The notes beneath the pieces are model-generated. The model had not been told where the DNA came from. It made no database searches and saw only the letters and a list, made by a program, of their open reading frames with translations. A DNA stretch of 64,000 nucleotides from a virus. This document shows positions 1 to 7,869 of the stretch, one piece after another. The stretch lies in IMG/VR virus record IMGVR_UViG_3300043449_001732, positions 1 through 64,000 of that record; one strand, given 5' to 3'. Within the stretch, counting starts at the first letter, position 1, and each line of letters begins with the position of its first letter. Position numbers and translations under genes: made by a program.

Positions 1-4
1 TAGT

Positions 5-364
5 TTAGATCAAGCCGAGAATCCTAAGCCAGGAGTCGGGATGATCTGGTTCGACTTCGTCTCCACAGGGAGTAAGGCAACAGCTGTCGAACGTCCACTC
101 TTCGATCTCTTCGTTGGTTGGGATGTCGTACCATCCTTCGAGATCTTCCTTGTCCTGCGCTGAGTAGTTGCCACCGGCTGGGATCCAGTAGCAACGGAGG
201 ATTCCACGCTTGTTTCGGTAGACGTTACCAGTGCAGGCGATGGCGCCTTTGGGTGCGTCTTGGAAGTCTGCATAGGCTTGGTACTGTTCTGAAGCTTCGT
301 CTGGACCACAGGGTTCGTAGCCGAAAGCGTCTGCGATGAGCAGTTGTTCAGGTTGAAGAGACAT
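5..364 (-). CDS. hypothetical early phage protein (C-terminal CxTPxGxxVEPD motif)
   Basis: 119-aa acidic ORF with an A/C-rich leader; same strand as its neighbours. Confidence 0.7.
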   Translation of the reverse strand: MSLQPEQLLIADAFGYEPCGPDEASEQYQAYADFQDAPKGAIACTGNVYRNKRGILRCYWIPAGGNYSAQDKEDLEGWYDIPTNEEIEEWTFDSCCLTPCGDEVEPDHPDSWLRILGLI

Positions 365-527
365 GAGATGAGATCTCCGATGAGTGTGATTGAGATTGAG
401 ATGAGCGTGATGATGACAATAACAATGTCGTCAACCGTGTCGAATCGATGTCGATTGACAGTTGTTATAGACATAGTTGACGAGTTGTCATCCCGTCTTT
501 CAGTGCGTTGAGTTGATTTGGTCATGG

Positions 528-731
528 TTAATCACCGTAATGGATTGATGGGTAAACGTAACGCTCATTGTAATGATCGCAGGCATTGCGTTCCTCTACT
601 GAGATGTCGTCAATGCCATCCCAATCAGATTGATTGGATTCACGCATGGCTTGCTCTTGTTCATAGGCAAGGTCTGCCAATGCATCAAGCAAGTCAGCGT
701 TACGTTGTTCGTCAATGAAGTTGATGTCCAT
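528..731 (-). CDS. small acidic hypothetical protein
   Basis: 67-aa ORF preceded by TCAACTCAACC leader and the pseudoknot at 754-781. Confidence 0.7.
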   Translation of the reverse strand: MDINFIDEQRNADLLDALADLAYEQEQAMRESNQSDWDGIDDISVEERNACDHYNERYVYPSIHYGD

Positions 732-753
732 TGGTTGAGTTGAGATGGAACGG

Positions 754-781
754 TGAGCAGTTTAACGTCTTACTCAGGACG
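754..781 (-). ncRNA. candidate H-type pseudoknot in 5' UTR (copy 1)
   Basis: CGTC-ctgagtaa-GACG-TTAAAC-tgctca; loop pairs with 3' tail; covarying second copy at 3636-3660. Confidence 0.5.
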
Positions 782-873
782 TGAGTAGGATCACCCCATT
801 GTGGGGTGATTGATAGTACGGAGGTACTTCTTCTACTTGGAATCCTAATAACCGTTGTTTATCAAGAAAACAA

Positions 874-1089
874 CTAAGGCCTTACCTCCTTAACAGCCAT
901 TATCTGTGGCGCTGGCTGTTGCAGAGGGGGCCGGGGGGTTGTGTTAAAGATGTTGTTGCTAGACCCATGGGGGATACCAATAGTTACATCTGTCCCATCC
1001 TTACGGATGGAGATAATAACCTTGCCATCCCTGGTAATCACTGAGACGTGATCTGGGTTAGCAACATCGAATTGGTTGAGGAGTTCCAT
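874..1089 (-). CDS. hypothetical protein
   Basis: 71-aa ORF with C/A-rich leader. Confidence 0.55.
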   Translation of the reverse strand: MELLNQFDVANPDHVSVITRDGKVIISIRKDGTDVTIGIPHGSSNNIFNTTPRPPLQQPAPQIMAVKEVRP

Positions 1090-1184
1090 GGAGTTGTGTT
1101 AGTGCTGAGTTAGGTTACATGCTGGTTGCTAGCTATGCAACAACGCATGTGGTGTGGTGCTAAAGCGGTACGCTACCTGTGGTG

Positions 1185-1526
1185 TTACCTCAGGTACAAG
1201 TACGATCCTGCATAGTCACAGTTGTGTAAACAGGTTTCAAATGATTGATCATCCAGTAACAGGTACCTGGCATGTTTCGCTGGTGCTTGCCATGATGCAG
1301 GCTTATAGAGAGTCCCTGTTTGCCTTGCGACAAATGCATGGACCGATCTGCCTTCATTCCTGGTACCAGGGTTAGCGACATGGATGATCTTGTAGTACTT
1401 GACGCCGCGCTTAACTTCGAAAGCTATCGGGCTGTTGTACTGTTTGTAGAATTTCTCTTGGAGCGTATCGCAGAGTTCCTGGATACGATCTTCGATAAGT
1501 TTGGTGTTAGCGCTGAGTGTTGTCAT
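1185..1526 (-). CDS. conserved cyanophage-type hypothetical protein (SVHAFV...G.LYKPASW.APAK.ARY)
   Basis: motif recalled from small cyanophage proteins; start moved to MTTLS. Confidence 0.75.
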   Translation of the reverse strand: MTTLSANTKLIEDRIQELCDTLQEKFYKQYNSPIAFEVKRGVKYYKIIHVANPGTRNEGRSVHAFVARQTGTLYKPASWQAPAKHARYLLLDDQSFETCLHNCDYAGSYLYLR

Positions 1527-1704
1527 GGTGTTGGGCAGGAGTTTGGTTGGTGATATCCATGCCGACCACTGCACCTGCGGTGAGTGCGGCAATGATTAGT
1601 GACAGGGCTGCCACGCAGATCTTACTAAGGCGAGTCTCATGAGACGCATAGTAAGAATCAAGGTGGACAAAACGCCCTGGTGCCAAATGTACTATATGTT
1701 TCAT
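1507..1704 (-). CDS. small membrane protein
   Basis: start MKHIV after CTCAACTAC leader; one hydrophobic helix. Confidence 0.6.
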   Translation of the reverse strand: MKHIVHLAPGRFVHLDSYYASHETRLSKICVAALSLIIAALTAGAVVGMDITNQTPAQHHDNTQR

Positions 1705-1728
1705 ATGTAGTTGAGCCGAAGGTTTGAT

Positions 1729-1774
1729 GCAGGATATTGAGTCCTGCAGTGAAGGCCCGTAGGCCCTCAGTGCA
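1729..1774 (-). repeat. intergenic structured repeat family A, copy 1 (cUACGg hairpin + AGGA-ctcaa-ATCCT hairpin)
   Basis: near-identical to 2306-2351; begins a few nt after a stop codon. Confidence 0.75.
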
Positions 1775-1778
1775 AGAG

Positions 1779-1979
1779 TCATAAGGTGCGCTTATCTAAG
1801 CAATAGTATGCGTCGCCTAAAAAGCTACGCATGTATATGAGTTGATGCCCTGGCTTTGCTGGGCATGTCTTGACGTAGTGCTTATTGAGTAGTTGCTGTG
1901 CTCCAGCAGATAGCAGCATGCCTGCTCCTGCGCCCATAACAATGGCAAGCATAGAGTTTTGAAATGTGTTGGAGTTCAT
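1779..1979 (-). CDS. small membrane-anchored protein
   Basis: MNSNTF start; N-terminal hydrophobic helix; two Cys. Confidence 0.6.
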   Translation of the reverse strand: MNSNTFQNSMLAIVMGAGAGMLLSAGAQQLLNKHYVKTCPAKPGHQLIYMRSFLGDAYYCLDKRTL

Positions 1980-2007
1980 GTCAGTAGTGTGATGATGTTG
2001 AAAGAGA

Positions 2008-2280
2008 TTACATGCACTGGAGCTTACGCTCAAGTTCCATGTCGATGGAGTAATGATAGTAGTCTTCCATCTCCATGAGCATCTCCTTCATGCTTGTTGG
2101 CACTCCACTGCCAAGCGTACGTACGTCACGGTCTAGCCACTCTTGCCATTCGGCATCGGTGTCTGGGTCGAATGTATTCCACAGCTTCTCAAAGTGAAGC
2201 TGCGTTGATTCGCCGCCATACCATGTGACACGATACTGTTGCTCGGCGGATGGTTTGTAGACAAGTGCTGGTGTTGTCAT
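2008..2280 (-). CDS. hypothetical protein
   Basis: 90-aa ORF; TCAACTCAACC leader. Confidence 0.7.
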   Translation of the reverse strand: MTTPALVYKPSAEQQYRVTWYGGESTQLHFEKLWNTFDPDTDAEWQEWLDRDVRTLGSGVPTSMKEMLMEMEDYYHYSIDMELERKLQCM

Positions 2281-2305
2281 GGTTGAGTTGAAATGAAGTT
2301 AATAA

Positions 2306-2351
2306 CAGGATGTTGAGTCCTGCAGAAAAGGCCCGTAGGCCCTTAGTGCAG
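2306..2351 (-). repeat. intergenic structured repeat family A, copy 2
   Basis: same hairpins as 1729-1774, with stem changes that mostly keep pairing. Confidence 0.75.
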
Positions 2352-2354
2352 AAG

Positions 2355-2543
2355 TCAGACTTCAGTCTTAGGTGTGATAACGAATGCCATGTCGTTCGGC
2401 ATCATGAGTGCTGCCGCACGGATACGATACTCGATCAGCTTGGCACTGACAGTGGACATGTTAGGTGCCTTGGCATTCTCGATAGCTTTAGCAGAGAGCT
2501 TTAGCAGATCAGCAGTGTTCTTACGCAGGTTGAGTGCAGTCAT
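2355..2543 (-). CDS. hypothetical protein
   Basis: 62-aa ORF; TCAACTCAAC leader. Confidence 0.7.
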   Translation of the reverse strand: MTALNLRKNTADLLKLSAKAIENAKAPNMSTVSAKLIEYRIRAAALMMPNDMAFVITPKTEV

Positions 2544-2560
2544 GTTGAGTTGATTTGTAA

Positions 2561-2627
2561 GCCACCCTCAGTGGGTGGCAATACTGAGTGGAGGGTTCGA
2601 CCCTCCGGCATCACGCCTGGTACTCAG
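2561..2627 (-). repeat. tRNA-like three-way-junction repeat family B, copy 1
   Basis: CTGAGT/ACTCAG closing stem, GGC-GTGAT-GCC hairpin, GGAGG-GTCGAAC-CCTCC T-arm-like hairpin, followed by a GCCACCC/GGGTGGC hairpin. Confidence 0.75.
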
Positions 2628-2815
2628 TTGGTCTTGTAGCTATTGGCTGCACACCAGGCCATGTGGACCTCGTGCGCATCCTTAGGCCAGTCGTGGCTAG
2701 CACATTGCTGTGCAGTTGCTTGATCTAGTTGGTGCAATGTCACTTGGGTGCCAATGCCAATCAAGATCGCAAAGCCACAGATGGTTGGGGCTACGGCTGG
2801 GAATTGATACTTCAT
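2624..2815 (-). CDS. small membrane protein with C-terminal C..HDWP...H..WC motif
   Basis: start MKYQFP after TCAACTCAGC leader. Confidence 0.65.
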   Translation of the reverse strand: MKYQFPAVAPTICGFAILIGIGTQVTLHQLDQATAQQCASHDWPKDAHEVHMAWCAANSYKTN

Positions 2816-2829
2816 GGTGCTGAGTTGAT

Positions 2830-2904
2830 GTGCGGTACCCATCTCCGCTGAGGGTAATTGTTGAGTGGGGGATTCGATCCCCCGGCTCACGCCTTGTACT
2901 TAAC
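2830..2904 (-). repeat. family B copy 2
   Basis: GGGGG-ATCGAAT-CCCCC (covaried stem); GGC-GTGA-GCC GNRA hairpin. Confidence 0.75.
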
Positions 2905-2968
2905 GTTGACCTGCCTTAGCAAGTGCAGCCATAACTGCACATGCGGTCAGGAAAATAACGAATTCCAC
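2900..2968 (-). CDS. 22-aa hydrophobic micropeptide (MEFVIFLTACAVMAALAKAGQR)
   Basis: GTG start with AGGAG upstream; exactly fills the gap between two family B repeats; not in the ORF track. Confidence 0.55.
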   Translation of the reverse strand: MEFVIFLTACAVMAALAKAGQR

Positions 2969-2982
2969 AGGAATCTCCTGTT

Positions 2983-3054
2983 GTGCGGTACCCATCTCCG
3001 CTGAGGGTAATAGTTGAGTGGAGGGTTCGACCCTCCGGCATCACGCCTAGTCAG
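2983..3054 (-). repeat. family B copy 3
   Basis: core identical to copy 1, downstream hairpin identical to copy 2; closing stem weaker. Confidence 0.75.
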
Positions 3055-3242
3055 ATGACCATCTCAACGTCGGACTCCATCATCTCAGCGAATGTGAGAA
3101 GTTGGATGTTGTTAGTTCCCTGGACACCATCGTTCAACTCTGGTGAGTTGTGGATGTAATCCAGTTGTGCGGCGTTCTCTAGCGCTTCTTCCTTGCAGAA
3201 GTAAACGCTGTGTTGTACGCCGTTGAGGATTACGTAGAACAC
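3051..3242 (-). CDS. hypothetical protein
   Basis: likely GTG start (MFYVILNG) after GGAG; 3' part of track ORF 3051..3491. Confidence 0.6.
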   Translation of the reverse strand: MFYVILNGVQHSVYFCKEEALENAAQLDYIHNSPELNDGVQGTNNIQLLTFAEMMESDVEMVI

Positions 3243-3258
3243 GTAAGTGTCTCCGTAG

Positions 3259-3333
3259 TGTGGTGCCCATCTCCACAGGGGGCAAGTGCTGGACCAGGGT
3301 TTGCACCTGGTCACCCGCTTTAACGGATCAGCA
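3259..3333 (-). repeat. family B copy 4 (sequence-divergent, structure-conserved)
   Basis: TGCTG/CAGCA closing stem containing the stop codon, ATCCGT-TAAA-GCGGGT, GACCAGG-TGCAAAC-CCTGGTC, then a TGCCC...GGAGAT-GGGCA hairpin. Confidence 0.6.
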
Positions 3334-3609
3334 TCCAAGCATCTCGTCCACGTAGGACTTGATGACCTGGAGGTGGTCTCGGTTAAGTGTCTGGCTACGG
3401 CCATACTCAAGCAGGTCAAGGACCTGGAGCATGACGTTATCGCCAGCCTCTTCACGAGACGGTACGCCACACATGTCGAAGATCTCATCACGTGACATCT
3501 CAGTGATGTCGACGCAATCGATCTGACGAACGGTGGCGATGGTGGTGATGGTCACGGTGTTACTCCGTAGGGTGAGCTTGGTCTTACACTGCTGGAGTGC
3601 AGCTGCCAA
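3328..3609 (-). CDS. hypothetical protein (start uncertain)
   Basis: acidic ORF whose stop lies in family B copy 4. Confidence 0.6.
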   Translation of the reverse strand: MAAALQQCKTKLTLRSNTVTITTIATVRQIDCVDITEMSRDEIFDMCGVPSREEAGDNVMLQVLDLLEYGRSQTLNRDHLQVIKSYVDEMLGC

Positions 3610-3635
3610 GGTCGTGACCGACCGCCGATATGTCT

Positions 3636-3660
3636 GCTGCGTTTAACGTCCAGCTTGACG
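3636..3660 (-). ncRNA. candidate H-type pseudoknot (copy 2)
   Basis: CGTC-aagctg-GACG-TTAAAC-gcagc. Confidence 0.5.
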
Positions 3661-3851
3661 TTTTAATCCCGACCTTTCACGTCGGGATAGACACATAATA
3701 TCCGGTGGACATTAGCCAACTGTTCTATTTGAACACAGGTGTGCTAAGATGCCGGCGCCCCATATGCGCGGTGAAATAGTACGGAATTGTGTTGATTTAC
3801 ACACATTGAGGGCTATATAAACCCCTGGTTGCCCAGGGGAAGATGTAACCG

Positions 3852-4121
3852 TCAACCAATGCAGGTTGCTTCGATAACTAATGCGTGATCAAATGGTCGG
3901 CGTGTAATCCACACCTTCCATATCACGTCGTTATCCATGTACCGATCGCATTCCTCAAGTTCCTCAAGAAGGAACTTAATCACTCTGCTCGCTGTCCAGC
4001 CACTGGCTCGTAATACACCTGGCTTCATGACAACCTTCTTGCTTGCTCGCAGCGCAAATGCTGCATCGCAAAGCCTGAACGTCATGTCGCGATCGTTGAT
4101 TGTCGTAATAACCGTTGACAT
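3852..4121 (-). CDS. hypothetical protein, first gene of the leftward cluster
   Basis: 89-aa ORF followed by CCCCTGG/CCAGGGG hairpin (3819-3839). Confidence 0.65.
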   Translation of the reverse strand: MSTVITTINDRDMTFRLCDAAFALRASKKVVMKPGVLRASGWTASRVIKFLLEELEECDRYMDNDVIWKVWITRRPFDHALVIEATCIG

Positions 4122-4346
4122 TGAACTAACTTGCGGTGGTATCCTGCGTTCTACGGATGCGCAGCCCCCGGTAAACTTATCTACCTACCACCCATTCTTT
4201 TTTTTCTTCCCACATTTCACTTAGGTTGGGTGTTGTGAGAAGCGTCAGGAAATTTTGTTTCCTATTTTGACCTATATAGGGGCTTTACTTTGAAGTAAAC
4301 TTTGATTTGTGTACGTAAAATACCCGTTTACCCCAAATTTTTACAC

Positions 4347-4373
4347 AAAAAAGCCGGGGTGTTTAGCCCCGGT
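4347..4373 (-). terminator. intrinsic terminator
   Basis: ACCGGGGC/ACCCCGGC stem + T6 on the minus strand after ORF 4396..4608. Confidence 0.7.
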
Positions 4374-4395
4374 AATTTCAAAGTCTCAAAAATTT

Positions 4396-4608
4396 CTAAT
4401 TCCCTTTTTGCCGCTTATATGCCAACGTTGCATTCATCGCTTTTGTGAAGGCTTCCTCGTCGGGAAGCTCATAGGCAAGCTCTTTTTTGGCTTCGGTTAC
4501 AAAATCACGTACCTCAAAAGAGTCGCGGCCTTCACGTGCAAGTGACAAGGCCTTATCTTTGATGGCTTCGAGACCTTCAACTCGTTTTTGCCGTTTACCA
4601 GCGTCCAT
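4396..4608 (-). CDS. hypothetical protein
   Basis: 70-aa helical ORF with its own terminator. Confidence 0.7.
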   Translation of the reverse strand: MDAGKRQKRVEGLEAIKDKALSLAREGRDSFEVRDFVTEAKKELAYELPDEEAFTKAMNATLAYKRQKGN

Positions 4609-4711
4609 CCCTGGTGCAAATTAAAGTTATTCTTTAAATATAGCGTCACTACGTCCGGGATTTGTAAACAATAGAATGACAAAAGATAAAAGACACAAGT
4701 AATAACAGCTC

Positions 4712-7639
4712 ATGGCACTTTCCCCAGCTGATTTTTACGCATACAGCCGTGCCACTGGAGCTCCAGTCCCAGAAGATCCCAGGGAACGGGCCGAAATGGC
4801 CCCTGAAGTACTTGAATTCCGCCGTAATCAGCTCAGAGCCCCCCAACAGGAAGAAGAAGGTGGGTTCAACCTCACCAATTTGCTAGGTATTGGTGCCGCC
4901 GCAGCCGGTCTCGCCGGTGGTACGTTCGGCCTTGTCCGTGCTTTACGTAAAGCGCCCGCAAAAACAGCTGTAGCTCCCTCACCCAAAGAATATGGAGGCC
5001 CTGCGCAGCGTTTGGTGCGTGATTTAGGGCGTGCCGAAGATGTGCCTGCGCCGTCCAAGCCTCCTGCATCTCAAACACAAACGCAAGCACCTGCTGCCCC
5101 TCAGTTCACGCCCCGTTCCTTCCTGGAAAGCAAAGGCGCTGTCTTGCCAGCTGAAGACTTGACTTCTGTGCAAGTTGAGCAGCGCCCTTCGGTTGTTAAA
5201 CAACAGGTTGAGGCAACAGATCCAGGCCTGGATCAAGTTGTTAATAGAGGCGTTGTCATTCCAGAGCAACGTGATGTTAACGCTAATGATTTTGCTAGTT
5301 TTAGTCGCGATGCAGATCGCGTCGAAAGAATCAATGCCGTTGTCAACCAAGTTAAAAACTTTCCTCAAGAAACGGCACGTGCAGCAGACACAGGTAACGT
5401 ATGGGAACTGGAAGAACATCTTGAGGAAATGGGCCGTCAAGCTCAGCAGTACTACGGTGCTCGTTACGAAAGGGGCGGGCGGAGTGTTTCAGATTTAACC
5501 GGTGAGCTGGAACTGTCCCCACAACAAGCCCGTGCAATGCGTGGCGCCAAAATTGGCACTGTATCGACCAAGGCAGGTTTAAGTGCAGGCCGCGCCTTAG
5601 ATCTGAGCACGGTCTCTGATTCTGCTACGTCTCGTGGTCGTTTTACTCCTCAAGAAGTTCTTGAGCGTACGATGGCGGCTGCGTCTTATCCACGGGAGAT
5701 CCGTGATCAGATCCTGAATCCTGCTGTACCCCGCGAGCAGATCCGTGAGTTCCTTGGGACTACACCTAAGATTCGTGGCGGCGCTGTTAGCAGCAACCCG
5801 ACGATGGAGATTGCTGGTGGTGCACGTGCTTCTATGACGGAAGCCCCCATGGAAGAACTACAAACCGCCGGTGTTGGTGGAAGAGGGCTGACTTATGCAG
5901 AAACGGCTGATCTCAAGCAACTAGGTCAAAAAGAAAAACTTGAACAAGCTGGTTTTACTTATGACCCCAACACTGGTAATTACTATCAAGAAATCGATGA
6001 TTATGATATTGACCCAACCGAGGTAATGACTGCCAATCGTGAGATGGGCACTGATTATGGCGACACAGAAGGTGTTGGAAATCTGTTAATTGAAACTGAA
6101 TCCTTCCGTGAGCGCACCAACAAAGGAACAACGCAGATTCCAGGTGTAATTCAACAGGCAACGGGTGCTGTTCCTGGATCTGAGCGCCAGTTACGTTCGG
6201 CTGACGTTGTGGTACCCCTGCGCCGCACTGCAGAAGGAATTCAGACCACAGGCCTTAATGTTGTTTCTACCGACCCCACCAAATCTTTTGGCCAACTTTT
6301 GCGCATGCAAGATGTCGGCTACAAAGGTGGCATGGGTATCGAAACAGCTGATATCAATGTCGGCACCAATAAATTGATTGGTGGTTTTGAAACTGCCGTA
6401 GATGTTGTACCCGACAAAATTACAACTCAACCCGTTGCCAATTGGTCGCCATCCGTGATATATGGCGAGACCATCCGTGGAACTAATATCCGTCGTCCTT
6501 ATAAGCCAACGACAGCACGTATTATCACTGGAGAAGCGCCATTGATCGGTATCAGGCGTACCCCCCTGGCGCAAAATGAGCAACAAGTTGGTTGGACTAC
6601 GTTAAAAACTTCACAACCAGAGCCTGTATCTTTGGATCGTGCCACGATTCAAAATGTTGCAGCACAAGCACAATCAGATTATTTCAATAACCCAAGCGCC
6701 AAGGCTGCTTACTTGCGCGAAAAAAATCCTGATGCATTAAAAGCTGGTCTGGCACAAGGCAAAACCTTGGCTGACATTGGTGAATCTTATGACTATCAAG
6801 GTTTCATTATTAAAGCTGTTGATGATTATCTGATGAATCAAGAAGGGATCGATCTTCCCCTTCTCAAGCCGCAAGTCAGTCAAACCACTGGTAATTCTTA
6901 TTACCCGACAGAGGCTAATGCTTTTGTAATGGGCTTGCTCAAAACAGAGAAAGACACTCCCATTTACGGCGAGCCCATCAAGTTGTCACCCGAAGGTAAA
7001 AAAGTTGTAAAAGGTTTCAATAAAGGTGGTTATCCGATTTACGAAACGGAAGGCACTTCTGGCCCTATCCCTGGACGCTATCAAGTCCGTGGCGAAGGTG
7101 GTATCGATCCAATGACAATTAGCGATGACTATGACGGTGAAAACGTTGCATACTACGCGCCTCGTATTGATACAGCCTCTCAGCGTAAAGTTATGCAAGA
7201 AGGCATGCGCAGTGGTGTTGCACCAGAGGCAATGCTTGGTATGAGTAGTACCCCTACGGGTGCTCAGATGTCTGCTTTACGTTCTCAAATGTCTACACCC
7301 CAAGCTGGCGTAGGCATGCGTGCCGTTCCTGTTCGCAATCCGTTGACAGGACAAAAGGTAGGCACTGAGAGGGTGTCAACGATGAACATCGGTTCTTTTG
7401 CTCGTACACAAAATCCTTACACTGGTCCAGCTGCACCTGCAATGGGTCCTGTAAGTCGTGTGCTATCTGGTAACTACCAGTATTCTCCAGAGCAGTTAGA
7501 GGTAAACCTACCTTCTACCAAGCCTCCGGTCAATGTAGAAACGGTAGAATACTACGAACCAAAGGCATCTAATCTTGGAGCAGTAATGCAACAATTACAA
7601 GCTCAAGCAGGACGCCGTCGCGGAAGCCGTAAAAACTAA
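4712..7639 (+). CDS. large putative internal virion/ejection protein
   Basis: 975 aa; N-terminal GxxxG hydrophobic segment; first gene of the late arm; TAGAAT at 4672. Confidence 0.55.
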   Translation: MALSPADFYAYSRATGAPVPEDPRERAEMAPEVLEFRRNQLRAPQQEEEGGFNLTNLLGIGAAAAGLAGGTFGLVRALRKAPAKTAVAPSPKEYGGPAQRLVRDLGRAEDVPAPSKPPASQTQTQAPAAPQFTPRSFLESKGAVLPAEDLTSVQVEQRPSVVKQQVEATDPGLDQVVNRGVVIPEQRDVNANDFASFSRDADRVERINAVVNQVKNFPQETARAADTGNVWELEEHLEEMGRQAQQYYGARYERGGRSVSDLTGELELSPQQARAMRGAKIGTVSTKAGLSAGRALDLSTVSDSATSRGRFTPQEVLERTMAAASYPREIRDQILNPAVPREQIREFLGTTPKIRGGAVSSNPTMEIAGGARASMTEAPMEELQTAGVGGRGLTYAETADLKQLGQKEKLEQAGFTYDPNTGNYYQEIDDYDIDPTEVMTANREMGTDYGDTEGVGNLLIETESFRERTNKGTTQIPGVIQQATGAVPGSERQLRSADVVVPLRRTAEGIQTTGLNVVSTDPTKSFGQLLRMQDVGYKGGMGIETADINVGTNKLIGGFETAVDVVPDKITTQPVANWSPSVIYGETIRGTNIRRPYKPTTARIITGEAPLIGIRRTPLAQNEQQVGWTTLKTSQPEPVSLDRATIQNVAAQAQSDYFNNPSAKAAYLREKNPDALKAGLAQGKTLADIGESYDYQGFIIKAVDDYLMNQEGIDLPLLKPQVSQTTGNSYYPTEANAFVMGLLKTEKDTPIYGEPIKLSPEGKKVVKGFNKGGYPIYETEGTSGPIPGRYQVRGEGGIDPMTISDDYDGENVAYYAPRIDTASQRKVMQEGMRSGVAPEAMLGMSSTPTGAQMSALRSQMSTPQAGVGMRAVPVRNPLTGQKVGTERVSTMNIGSFARTQNPYTGPAAPAMGPVSRVLSGNYQYSPEQLEVNLPSTKPPVNVETVEYYEPKASNLGAVMQQLQAQAGRRRGSRKN

Positions 7640-7641
7640 TC

Positions 7642-7869
7642 ATGACTAAAGAAAAAAAGAAAGATAAAAAGTGGATTCAAGGTGCCGACATCAAGGAAGG
7701 CGCCTTTACTGCTAAAGCAAAAAAGAAGGGCATCTCCTCTGCTCAGCTACAAGAGAACGTACTTTCCAACCCTGACAAGTACGACGAGAAAACAGTGAAG
7801 CAAGCAAATTTACGCAAGACCCTTGTAGGCTTACATAACAAAAAGAAAACAAAAGCAGCTAACGATTGA
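7642..7869 (+). CDS. small basic conserved phage protein (KKWIQ...GAFT.KA)
   Basis: recognisable motif; Lys-rich. Confidence 0.7.
   Translation: MTKEKKKDKKWIQGADIKEGAFTAKAKKKGISSAQLQENVLSNPDKYDEKTVKQANLRKTLVGLHNKKKTKAAND

Noticed and set aside
10-525. 171-aa minus-strand ORF
   Set aside because: Mostly overlaps 5..364 in another frame with low-complexity Thr/Ser content; only its 5' hydrophobic part might be real
754-781. Pistol ribozyme (ACG-TTAAA resembles the pistol P1 linker)
   Set aside because: The pseudoknot closes immediately; P2/P3 and the cleavage-site junction are absent
1729-2351. Hammerhead ribozyme in family A repeats
   Set aside because: No CUGANGA/GAAA core on either strand
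2561-3333. CRISPR or TIGR-like guide array
   Set aside because: Spacing is irregular, the intervals are protein-coding genes, and no cas or Nop-domain gene was recognised
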